From a virus (lineage: Duplodnaviria; Caudoviricetes), in the IMG/VR virus record IMGVR_UViG_3300032227_001118, positions 1-63,318 of that record: a DNA stretch of 63,318 nucleotides; one strand, written 5' to 3'. The notes under the pieces are model-generated. The model was not told the DNA's origin, ran no database searches, and saw only the letters and a program-made list of their open reading frames with translations. This document shows, one piece after another, positions 18,201 through 25,743 of this stretch; position 1 is the first letter of the stretch; every line of letters begins with the position of its first letter. The position numbers and the translations under genes are program-made.

Positions 18201-20800
18201 TTAATATATGCTATAATCTCGTCGGCAAAATAACCATTTTCTTTATTGGCCTTGAGTAAAGCCACAGCATTACGAACACCTAATAAATTACTCGGGGGTC
18301 CATTACTGACAATTTTGTCAGACCATCCCAGGTTATTTCCCTTGATAATTTCTATAACTGTATTAAAATTTTTATTAATTATTTTGACTTCGTCGATGCT
18401 GGCAGGTTCTAAACTGGTATCTTGAATTCCTGTACCATATCGAAGAATCAAGTCGTCAGTTGGAGTTATATTTTGTATTATTTTTACAGCTAAATCTCTT
18501 AGATATACAATAGCAGCAGTAGTGGTTGTAATTTCGTTTGGAATAGTGCCTGTATAACTGCTTTGAGTATAGTATTGTAATCCAGCAAATGTACTTTGAC
18601 TATGATTAGGTGTAGGATATAGCATGTCTAATGCTACACTATCTAAAATTAACCCTGTGTCTCTTTTGCATTTAATTTTATTAAATTTGAGATTTTTAGG
18701 TGGAATTGCTAAATCATTATTAATATAATTAATTACATTTTCTTGAATAAATGTTCTGTTGGCCTGCATTAATATTTCAGCACTGACAAAAGCAGCATCG
18801 GGCCCTGTACTTCGGTAAACTGCAGGAGAATTAGCAGGGTTGGCAATAGTGGCTGTAACAATACCATACAAAGACCTAATTGACGAAGTGCTAATTTCAC
18901 CACCTGTTAGAACCCAGTTAATAACTTGATTAGCAGGTACAGTTGGATAGGTGTTTGTACAAGGAATATTTTTAACAATTTCGAGACTGCGATCTCTTAG
19001 ATATTCAATTGCTGCTGTTGTTTGAGTTTCTTGGCCGGCAATGAGACTGACTACACCGTCATAATAAGCCAACCCACTTTCTACAGATTTTTCATTGCCG
19101 CCAAATGCAGCATCATATGCAGTGTTTTCTACGAGAATACCTACATCTCTATAACATTTTTCTCTGCTGTATTCAAACCCAGGAAATCGATCATCAATAT
19201 AAGCAACAACCTGACCTTGTAGGAATGGTTTATTGGCCAGCAACAATGTGCGAGCATTAAAGAATCCAGGATTTTGTTGCCCAGCATTTACAGCCATACC
19301 CCTGGTAATTGTTCCGGTGCTGACACTCACTGTTAATGTTGTTGTATTGATAACCCAAGTTCCTGTTCCTACAGCAGCAGGTACCTGCACAGTTTGGTTA
19401 GGTATAAACATTGTACCATCTCTTAACCAAGGGCCACTTTGATTTGTACAGTTTTGAATATAAGGACTGTGGAATAAATTAATTCTATCTTCACCTTCTA
19501 ACGGTGGAAATGCTGTGGCATATGCTCCCCTATTGAATCCAGGAGCATAATCGCCCTCTAATAGTCCACTACGACCATTTAAGAACTGCATGCCTGTTAA
19601 ATAGCATCCAGAATTCACATGGAATAAGTCTTGTGTTTTGTTAATGGGTTCAATACTGCAAGTTCTTAAGTCTGCCCCTACGATGCTGGTATAGGGTTTT
19701 AGTTGTAGTGGATTATCTTCTAAATAAAGGCCGGGCGCTACACGAATTTGTGTACCAGATTGATAATAGGGACTATTGATTGCTCCACCAATGGTACGGC
19801 AAGCACGGCTGGTATCCATGGCACGCCCGTCATTGGTATCATCCCCGTCCGTGGTAACATACAGTATATTAGTTACTACAGGAGCAGTTCCTATGGGATT
19901 ATTTCCCCTTACTCGCAAATCACCAAAAATATCAACCTGACCGGCACCCAATGCCAATGTACTGGTTCTTGAACTAGAATCTAAATAACGAGCATAGATG
20001 GTTTCTAAATAGGAATCTGTAAAATCATTAATGGAATAAACTTCTCCCCCGAGTAGAATATTTTCTGTAATTGCCGCTCCACCTTTTACTACCAATGGAG
20101 CAGTATCAAGATCTCTTGCAGGTTCTCTAGATACAACTTCTACTATTTCACTTTGAAGTATTCCACGGAATGGATTATAGGATAGTCCTTCAGGATTGTC
20201 AAGTGCTACTTGGCCTTCCTTGTCAATATACAAGTAAGAATTACCACTGTTTTCAGTAAATGTTAAGTAATAAGGTTTATCATCATTGATTGGTTGAATT
20301 AATAACTGTGTAGATGTAGTTGCTGTCAAGGCTTCTGATATTCTACCATAGATAAATCCGCCTACTGCTAGATCTTTTTCTATACCAACACCGCCAGAAA
20401 AGAACGCACCGGCTTTTTGACGTTGTTCCGTAGTGCTATATTCCGTTTGATCGGGCCAATTAGGTCTAGGGTCATCAAGCCCGTCGGGATTAAGAATGTT
20501 TCCTACGTTTTTTTCAGATGGGTTATCACCTCCTACTTCACCGACAATAACTCGTCCGCCCTTAACAATAACATTACCGTTTTCAAGGGTAACATCACCG
20601 TCTTTGACTGTGACGTCACCTTTTTCAACTGAGACGTCACCTTCTTTAACGTTAACATCACCCTTATTAACGTTAACATCACCTTCGGTTATATCGACTT
20701 TCCCGCCCGTCTGTGGCGATATGTTTATATCGCCGTCGGGGGTGCTAATAGTTTGATCACCAGAAGATTTTACGTTTTTACTACCGGTAGTGCGGGCCAT
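15257..20800 (-). CDS. Large virion appendage protein: beta-helix scaffold with inserted phycobiliprotein/globin-like CxRD repeats
   Basis: 1847 aa; N-terminal 7-aa GDVxVxx repeats; YVTTDGDDTNDG...RTI...IRVAPGLYLE..P....YTSIVGADLR beta-helix start; five helical repeats with (K/S)CxRD. Confidence 0.7.
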   Translation of the reverse strand: MARTTGSKNVKSSGDQTISTPDGDINISPQTGGKVDITEGDVNVNKGDVNVKEGDVSVEKGDVTVKDGDVTLENGNVIVKGGRVIVGEVGGDNPSEKNVGNILNPDGLDDPRPNWPDQTEYSTTEQRQKAGAFFSGGVGIEKDLAVGGFIYGRISEALTATTSTQLLIQPINDDKPYYLTFTENSGNSYLYIDKEGQVALDNPEGLSYNPFRGILQSEIVEVVSREPARDLDTAPLVVKGGAAITENILLGGEVYSINDFTDSYLETIYARYLDSSSRTSTLALGAGQVDIFGDLRVRGNNPIGTAPVVTNILYVTTDGDDTNDGRAMDTSRACRTIGGAINSPYYQSGTQIRVAPGLYLEDNPLQLKPYTSIVGADLRTCSIEPINKTQDLFHVNSGCYLTGMQFLNGRSGLLEGDYAPGFNRGAYATAFPPLEGEDRINLFHSPYIQNCTNQSGPWLRDGTMFIPNQTVQVPAAVGTGTWVINTTTLTVSVSTGTITRGMAVNAGQQNPGFFNARTLLLANKPFLQGQVVAYIDDRFPGFEYSREKCYRDVGILVENTAYDAAFGGNEKSVESGLAYYDGVVSLIAGQETQTTAAIEYLRDRSLEIVKNIPCTNTYPTVPANQVINWVLTGGEISTSSIRSLYGIVTATIANPANSPAVYRSTGPDAAFVSAEILMQANRTFIQENVINYINNDLAIPPKNLKFNKIKCKRDTGLILDSVALDMLYPTPNHSQSTFAGLQYYTQSSYTGTIPNEITTTTAAIVYLRDLAVKIIQNITPTDDLILRYGTGIQDTSLEPASIDEVKIINKNFNTVIEIIKGNNLGWSDKIVSNGPPSNLLGVRNAVALLKANKENGYFADEIIAYINTVHPTFTAYDVDKCKRDVGYIVDSIGFDLLHGGNRQSVQSGLNYYRYNSTRNIRDSERAATIASFDYIAELANYIVKNQNTSTYQTRVKQVTLPDAGSNAEVSLINRAISTVTSIISNGTSTVTWELTPISTASSVTSTGLNSFKLLLANKEFIKEEVVARLDQLYNPNSFNYNEESCYRDTGLIVDAVSQDILLGGNQKSIEAGLSYWNQGFNYVATQITTTTNAINYAKDIALQIIANRPVTPQTGTVSTQIINTFFQYGGDYMPQEAVKRNFKIITDIIEKGPSAAPPIYAGGGVFALTGINGSDVKLAPRVTSVTGTNGVYTIGLDISTVGFGNNATLYFGNTDIFPKQDFQVDALSLQYTGDSTTWNQRKVDPIGAMGGSLVDGAVISKISPIQSFVYDAFTQVNQGGKGIHITNDGYAQLVSVFTIFCSIAVLVENGGIASVTNSNSNFGDLCLVAKGYGSRAFSGTVFNPKDRAYPFSPGPDGLDEYYPNGYWPNKGFVEVFTPDISDRPHISLVMEVIPPDGHLNEQSLPGFLNAQPSTGTLTTSTIVLRNVDTNNVAVGNTVYIRDQYGSEYDKFPNKVDNFGNEIKDASGNSIPNPDYLKWYAATGTVVTNVDYNAITFNQALTHGGGDPTNPNYFTLYFCGKSYYSVITSTVATPPYEPNKNILVPPSDRDKYQGPITDQVDQHILSIIHLQSVVNKVIDNQSVTATVGNTSTQSIQLLVKGGSSATPFINERFGYITGIIGAVDLNAAKAVVPPIAIKKEGTVVLGAGSAITLIEENLNFLAEEVTAFVHDNSLTRDVFNGLTQSQIDYIDTKCKRDTKIILRRLIYDLETGGTYNSVMAGLSYWSREGTHHVVELGEAVSRTDLFPDGATVNFYQRSYMSASGYLFEYVGAGTNYGALPQRGIKDPAQSKETVQLDGGKVFFTSTDQNGDFRIGPGLVISQATGVLSGRTFVQSLYANMTPFILAIT
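17330..19265 (-). repeat. Four tandem ~165-aa helical protein repeats with CxRD motif
   Basis: Cys codons at 19154-56, 18668-70, 18158-60, 17666-68 (residues 549, 711, 881, 1045; spacing 162, 170, 164 aa); fifth copy at 15722-24 (residue 1693). Confidence 0.85.
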
Positions 20801-20821
20801 AGGTATATTTTTCCTTTGATG

Positions 20822-20829
20822 TATTTATC
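20822..20829 (-). promoter_or_regulatory. Late promoter GATAAATA
   Basis: NATAAATA motif ~22 nt upstream of the ATG at 20800, followed by an AAGGA RBS. Confidence 0.65.
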
Positions 20830-20832
20830 GGT

Positions 20833-21360
20833 TTAATGTATTCGCATACGAACACCGCCAATTATTACCGGATCTCTATGTGGCCAATGTGGATGACTGC
20901 AAAATCTTATTGCAACCCCAAACGAAGAATCCTGTAAATCATTAACGGACAAATTTTTAGCATTCCATAAATTAGTTGGACTACCGTAGATTTTCTCCGG
21001 AGAGATACCGGATGATGCTTGATTTTCCCCAAGAGACTCACCGCCAAGCACAAGTTCCACAGTGTCATCCGTTACTCTACCATATCGAGTGACCAATAAC
21101 AGCAATTCAATTCCTGATAATACCTCAGGTAGATTGTGAAAATTAAATCCAGTGGCACGAATATAATAGGTTTTATTTAAGATATCATGCTTGGGACTGC
21201 GAGAGATATGCGATAAACGACCAAGACTACGCACTCCTCTGACATCAGCACTTTTTAACACATCAAATCCGTGACTGTCATCCCAAGGTATATGTACTGA
21301 CTCACCACCAGGCTCGGCATATTGTATTATATTGGCAGGAACAGTCCATTCTGTAGTCAT
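20833..21360 (-). CDS. Hypothetical protein, likely virion-associated
   Basis: 175-aa ORF within the late structural cluster with its own late promoter; no recognised motif. Confidence 0.6.
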   Translation of the reverse strand: MTTEWTVPANIIQYAEPGGESVHIPWDDSHGFDVLKSADVRGVRSLGRLSHISRSPKHDILNKTYYIRATGFNFHNLPEVLSGIELLLLVTRYGRVTDDTVELVLGGESLGENQASSGISPEKIYGSPTNLWNAKNLSVNDLQDSSFGVAIRFCSHPHWPHRDPVIIGGVRMRIH

Positions 21361-21365
21361 ACTAC

Positions 21366-21373
21366 TATTTATG
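21366..21373 (-). promoter_or_regulatory. Late promoter CATAAATA (near-leaderless transcript)
   Basis: Motif ends 5 nt before the ATG at 21360; no room for an SD. Confidence 0.55.
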
Positions 21374-21389
21374 TAATACTACAGACAAG

Positions 21390-21412
21390 AAAGGGCCCCG
21401 TAGGACCCTTTT
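21390..21412 (-). terminator. Rho-independent terminator
   Basis: Minus strand AAAGGGTCC-TACG-GGGCCCTTTCTT after the 406-aa gene. Confidence 0.75.
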
Positions 21413-21435
21413 GATTGTGTCAAAGATTTTATCTT

Positions 21436-22656
21436 TTAAACATTGGCAATGCTAACAACTCCAGTTGACGCAGCACTGATAGTCCACCCTGCGGAAGATC
21501 CGTCGGCAAATCTATATCCTGCTCCGGCACTGGTTTTACGAGTTAGATAAGCTCTACGTGCCGTTAACTTATTAACATAATAAGTACAACCTTCTGTATC
21601 GGTGGCAATTAAACACATTTCACCAGCCGATAAACTTCCAGCATCTTTGGCCACTAAACGACACTGTCCAACAAGACCACTATTACTTCTAGTCTTAACT
21701 AGATAACGACGACTAGATTCTTGCTTCATAATATCAGCAAGAACACCAGTTGACCCACCGGCAATATGAACATAAACTGCTATACCCGACTGATACAAAC
21801 TGGTTAATACAGATGTACCGGCTGCTGTTCCACCACTAAATGCAACGGCAGCATCGGCTACGTTAATATAGTGACTTCCGGCATTAGTGATCTCAACACC
21901 ACTTACTCCAAAAGTAATTGTTGCGGCTGCACCTGTACCAGAGCCTCCCGTGAAGCCGGCTGGGTTAGATGGCATTACTGTGTAATCACCCTGAACAGCA
22001 ACATTACCAAAGGAATAAACACCCCAGTTAGCACCGGTAAAACTAAGCACTAGGCCGTTACCGTTGTCATCAACTGGACCCCCCGATGTTGTAGCAGTGA
22101 AACCATTTACACCATCTGCCATGCTTGTCGGAAAAGCACCTGTACCTGTCCATACACCTTGTTGCTCAACTACGATTGAAGTTGCAATACCACCACCAGC
22201 AGCAGCAGTAACTCTAACTCTCAAGGGAGTTGACAAGTAAATGTGTGTGAAAGTAACTCTATCACCGTTAGATCCAGTACCAGGATCATAAATTGTACCA
22301 CCGTTGGTAATACCAGGTGTACCAAGACCTACGATAGCAGCCACTGGGAAAGTTGCAGCTGAAGTTCTTGTGCCGCCTGCTACTGTCAGCACATCTCCCA
22401 CACGATACCCGGTACCGTTGGAAGTGGTGGCCGCCGACAATGCATTACCGTGAACAATACCTGTGGCCTGTACACCCAACGCTAAATCAGGTATACCAAA
22501 TGACACTGTAGGTAATCCTGATGTATATGAACCAACTGTGTTGATTGTTACACTGGCAACACCTTCACCACCTTCACCAGTTGCACCACCTGTGGCCTGA
22601 TTTTGGTAAGGCGAGTTTAAATTCGCAAAAAATCTCTTTTTAATTGGACGTCCCAT
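21436..22656 (-). CDS. Virion structural protein (Gly/Thr-rich beta repeats; possible head decoration/head fibre)
   Basis: 406 aa; MGRPIKK start; repeated V.ITNxGSxY units; immediately downstream of MCP with its own promoter and strong AAGGAG RBS. Confidence 0.6.
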   Translation of the reverse strand: MGRPIKKRFFANLNSPYQNQATGGATGEGGEGVASVTINTVGSYTSGLPTVSFGIPDLALGVQATGIVHGNALSAATTSNGTGYRVGDVLTVAGGTRTSAATFPVAAIVGLGTPGITNGGTIYDPGTGSNGDRVTFTHIYLSTPLRVRVTAAAGGGIATSIVVEQQGVWTGTGAFPTSMADGVNGFTATTSGGPVDDNGNGLVLSFTGANWGVYSFGNVAVQGDYTVMPSNPAGFTGGSGTGAAATITFGVSGVEITNAGSHYINVADAAVAFSGGTAAGTSVLTSLYQSGIAVYVHIAGGSTGVLADIMKQESSRRYLVKTRSNSGLVGQCRLVAKDAGSLSAGEMCLIATDTEGCTYYVNKLTARRAYLTRKTSAGAGYRFADGSSAGWTISAASTGVVSIANV

Positions 22657-22737
22657 TTTATTTCTCCTTATGAAATGTAGCGTTCAATGCTCTACGCGGC
22701 GGGGACCGCATAAACCCCCTGTCGGGGCGAACATTAT
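22657..22737 (-). promoter_or_regulatory. Structured 5' leader (candidate cis-regulatory RNA)
   Basis: GC-rich 80 nt between promoter and RBS: CCCC-GACA-GGGG hairpin, UAUGCGG/CCGCGUA hairpin, GUUC/GAAC closing stem. Confidence 0.5.
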
Positions 22738-22745
22738 TATTTATA
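22738..22745 (-). promoter_or_regulatory. T4-type late promoter TATAAATA
   Basis: Exact consensus directly after the MCP terminator. Confidence 0.75.
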
Positions 22746-22751
22746 ACATCA

Positions 22752-22777
22752 ACAAAAAACGCCCCGGAGGGCGTTTT
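22752..22777 (-). terminator. Rho-independent terminator after MCP
   Basis: Minus strand AAAACGCCC-TCCG-GGGCGTTTTTTGTT. Confidence 0.9.
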
Positions 22778-22806
22778 CTGTTTGTTGCTTTTGTGTTGCT
22801 TTCTGA

Positions 22807-23982
22807 TTATTTGAAAGAAACGTTAGCCGAAGTAATGGCCACTTTTCCTAAATAATCTGCAGCATTTCCAAGGCTCGATGCAGTATTTGTCAATTCGACG
22901 TACCCATAGCGAGTTAAGAAACCAACGACTGGTTCAAAAGTAGCTGGGTCAAGAACAACACCACTGCTCATTAACGGAATATAAGGGCAGTAGAACGCGG
23001 CAGCATCTGCCTCGCTTGTGCCTTTGTAACCAATTAGAACCTGGTCGGAGTCGGTTGTATCGCTTAGATAAGCGTCAACGTAGATCTTCATCGCGCCGTT
23101 TAGTGTACCAACAAACTTGGTGTTTGTAGGTGCTTCGAATGTACCTTCAGTGGTACGAGCAAAAGCACTGGTAGTGGCACTTTGTAGGATTGTTAGAGCC
23201 TGGTTGCTAACAACGGCCCAGTTACCAGAACCACGACGTGTACGTTGAGCAATCAAGTTGCTGACACGGTTGATCTGAATAGCTAGAGCAGCGTGTTCGT
23301 CACCAACGAATGTAGCTGTACCGCTGACCAATGACTGGTCATAAGTTTCCTCAACAGTTGCTAAACCACGTAGGCTTGCGAGGATCTCTTGATCGATCTC
23401 AGCTGTGATTTCCTGCGCTAGAGCAGCCATGATTTCAGCTTCGATGTCAATACCCTGTTGAGCTTGTGCATCCTGAGCGGCCTCAAATGTCCAACGAGCT
23501 GAGAGCTTGCGGCTCTTGGCTTCGACCGGAGTCTTGAGGATCTGGATGCTCATACGCTTACCAGGACGACCTTCTAAGTTTGCTGTTGTATCAGCTTTAG
23601 GTGCGCTGTTTACATTGTTACCACTGTAAGCAGCAGCAATCTTGAATGGGCTTAGTGCCTCTTCACCTGCTACCACGTTGTCGCCGCTGTCAGCATAGCG
23701 AACACGTAGTGTGTGGATCTGAGCAACAGGTCCAGTCATAGGCTGTACGCCAACGATCTCGTTAGCAATAACAGTAGGCATAACTCGACGGATAACTGGT
23801 AGAATTACACGGTTTAGTGTAGCAATGTTACCAGCACTGGTTGCACCAGCAGTTGCGCTCTCAGCCAAGTGGCGACGTGTATTTTCTAAGCATACGCCCA
23901 TACTAGCACGACGGTTTCCTTGTAGGCCTTCAAGCAGAGCTTCTTTGGTCTCGGACCATCTTTCATTTAAAAGTTTTGACAT
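22807..23982 (-). CDS. gp23: Major capsid protein (T4 gp23 family)
   Basis: RRVMPTVIANEIVGVQPMTGP, VEAKSRKLSARWTFEAAQD, EITAEIDQEI, AAFYCPYIPL, FEPVVGFLTRYG motifs. Confidence 0.97.
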   Translation of the reverse strand: MSKLLNERWSETKEALLEGLQGNRRASMGVCLENTRRHLAESATAGATSAGNIATLNRVILPVIRRVMPTVIANEIVGVQPMTGPVAQIHTLRVRYADSGDNVVAGEEALSPFKIAAAYSGNNVNSAPKADTTANLEGRPGKRMSIQILKTPVEAKSRKLSARWTFEAAQDAQAQQGIDIEAEIMAALAQEITAEIDQEILASLRGLATVEETYDQSLVSGTATFVGDEHAALAIQINRVSNLIAQRTRRGSGNWAVVSNQALTILQSATTSAFARTTEGTFEAPTNTKFVGTLNGAMKIYVDAYLSDTTDSDQVLIGYKGTSEADAAAFYCPYIPLMSSGVVLDPATFEPVVGFLTRYGYVELTNTASSLGNAADYLGKVAITSANVSFK

Positions 23983-24000
23983 TTCATGTCTCCTTGAATA

Positions 24001-25089
24001 TTATTTTAGACCCGCTAACTTGCGGATATCTAAGATATTGTCTAAGCCTACCTCAGGCTTCATTTCACGATCACCAGTAACTTCTGTGCTTTCTGTTAGG
24101 GTAGTTTTGGCTACTTTTCTCTTCTCGCCATCCATAACTGTGGGTAGGTACTTGTCATATGCATCAGCAAGTTTCTTGGTCTGAACAGACTCAAGAAGTT
24201 GTTGCATCAGCGCTCTTTTGTCAGCACTTAAAGGTGCTAATAACTCGCCCATGACTTGTTTGCGTTCCATTAGGTCTTTAGTAATACGAATCTCGCGTTC
24301 CTTAGATTCCACAATGGTAGCCTTTTCTTCTAGGGCTTGTTGGGTTTCAGCAAGTTCAGTATCTTTCTTTTGAATAATCTTTAGCAGTTTTGCTGTTTCA
24401 GATTTTTCATTTAAGTAAGATCCTGCGAACTCCTGAGCAAACGCTTCATAAATCTTACGACCAAAGCTGTTGTTACGACTGCTGTCAATATCTTCTTTCA
24501 ATTGCTTGATTTCAGATGTTAATTTACGTGTAACAGTGGCTTCGACGACCTTGGCAGATCGTTTAATGAAGGTTTGTTTGATAGTCTCAAATTTGTCTTT
24601 GGCTTCACGAACTAATTTAACTTTAGTTTCAGCTAGGTCACGTTTGTCCTGAGCAAATTCTTTGATTTCTCCAGCTAAAGCATGTACTACGAATTGCTCT
24701 AGTTTAGCAAAGTTCTCGCTAACTTTCTTACGATCGTTTTGGAACTCCACTAGTTCTTTACCAAGTTGGTTGATTACGAAACCTTCTAGCTTTTTGCCAT
24801 CTTTAGACATTTTTTCTTTATATGCCTTTTTAGCTTCTGCTAAATCTGTTCTATCACTATGCAACTCGGCCATTTCTACGGCCAATCTGTCGCTCAACAT
24901 CTTGTCGATTGCCTCAACCATAACAGTCTTGTCGTGACTGTATTTTTGTGCAAATTCTTCACGAAGTTCAGCGGTGACTTGGTCGCGATTCTCTTGTAAT
25001 TTTTGGGCAAAGGCAGTTTCTAACTCAGATCTAACATCTTCGTTAATTAAGCCACTTTCGACCAATTGTTTGAATGCGTCCATTTTCAT
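24001..25089 (-). CDS. gp22: Prohead core scaffolding protein (gp22-like)
   Basis: Coiled-coil E/K-rich 362 aa between protease and MCP; GRKIYEAFAQE; the true start may be the second ATG at 25083. Confidence 0.85.
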   Translation of the reverse strand: MKMDAFKQLVESGLINEDVRSELETAFAQKLQENRDQVTAELREEFAQKYSHDKTVMVEAIDKMLSDRLAVEMAELHSDRTDLAEAKKAYKEKMSKDGKKLEGFVINQLGKELVEFQNDRKKVSENFAKLEQFVVHALAGEIKEFAQDKRDLAETKVKLVREAKDKFETIKQTFIKRSAKVVEATVTRKLTSEIKQLKEDIDSSRNNSFGRKIYEAFAQEFAGSYLNEKSETAKLLKIIQKKDTELAETQQALEEKATIVESKEREIRITKDLMERKQVMGELLAPLSADKRALMQQLLESVQTKKLADAYDKYLPTVMDGEKRKVAKTTLTESTEVTGDREMKPEVGLDNILDIRKLAGLK

Positions 25090-25101
25090 TTCTCCTCGGG
25101 C

Positions 25102-25731
25102 TTATTTTAGACCTTTAATAATTTTCAGGAGACTTTCCTTCAAATATTTCTGGGCCTTTGGATCTTCTTTCGTTTCTTGTGCAACCTTAAATGCTTTATT
25201 CCCGCCACGAGCATTCATTAAATGTTCGTAAACTGGAGTAGGATAAGCACCAGGAGCACTGGGCTGGGCAACCACATCTACCGTGATAATCTCAAAATCG
25301 GATACATGGCCGTTCATGTCGTTGACATTGCCGCTACCACGAGAACTTACGCCAAGTTTTACACCGCTTTCAAGCATAGTACGAATTAAATTACCCATTG
25401 GTGTAGGAAGGATTTTCATCTTTCCATATCCATTAGGACCTTCCATCCACATATGAGTAATCATATGAGACACACGATCCAAGTTCACTTTTAAATCATC
25501 GGGATGATCAACTTCGCCCAACACTGAATAACCATTTTGAATCTGATCATTCAGTGTTTTTACAGCACGTTCAATTTCATCCACTGGATAAACACGTTGA
25601 TTGGCATTGCGAATACCACCCTGGATGGTAATGCCTTTCAAGTAAAGGTTCTTACCATCCTTGTCGTCACTTTCCAAAACGATGCCGCTTTGGTCGAAAC
25701 TCAGGTGTTCTCTTAGATATGCCAATTTCAT
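25102..25731 (-). CDS. gp21: Prohead protease (gp21)
   Basis: NANQRVYP, LGEVDHP, VSHMIT, ILPTPMG, LGVSSRGSG, DVVAQPSAPGA motifs. Confidence 0.95.
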   Translation of the reverse strand: MKLAYLREHLSFDQSGIVLESDDKDGKNLYLKGITIQGGIRNANQRVYPVDEIERAVKTLNDQIQNGYSVLGEVDHPDDLKVNLDRVSHMITHMWMEGPNGYGKMKILPTPMGNLIRTMLESGVKLGVSSRGSGNVNDMNGHVSDFEIITVDVVAQPSAPGAYPTPVYEHLMNARGGNKAFKVAQETKEDPKAQKYLKESLLKIIKGLK

Positions 25732-25743
25732 CCTGTTTCTCTA

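Noticed and set aside
7-20756. Many short plus-strand ORFs (e.g. MVLEHLLLP..., MSTCYSLWS...)
   Set aside because: Antisense shadows of repetitive minus-strand fibre genes; no independent RBS or coding signal
22670-22855. 61-aa plus-strand ORF
   Set aside because: Spans a terminator, a promoter and a structured leader of the opposite strand; no RBS
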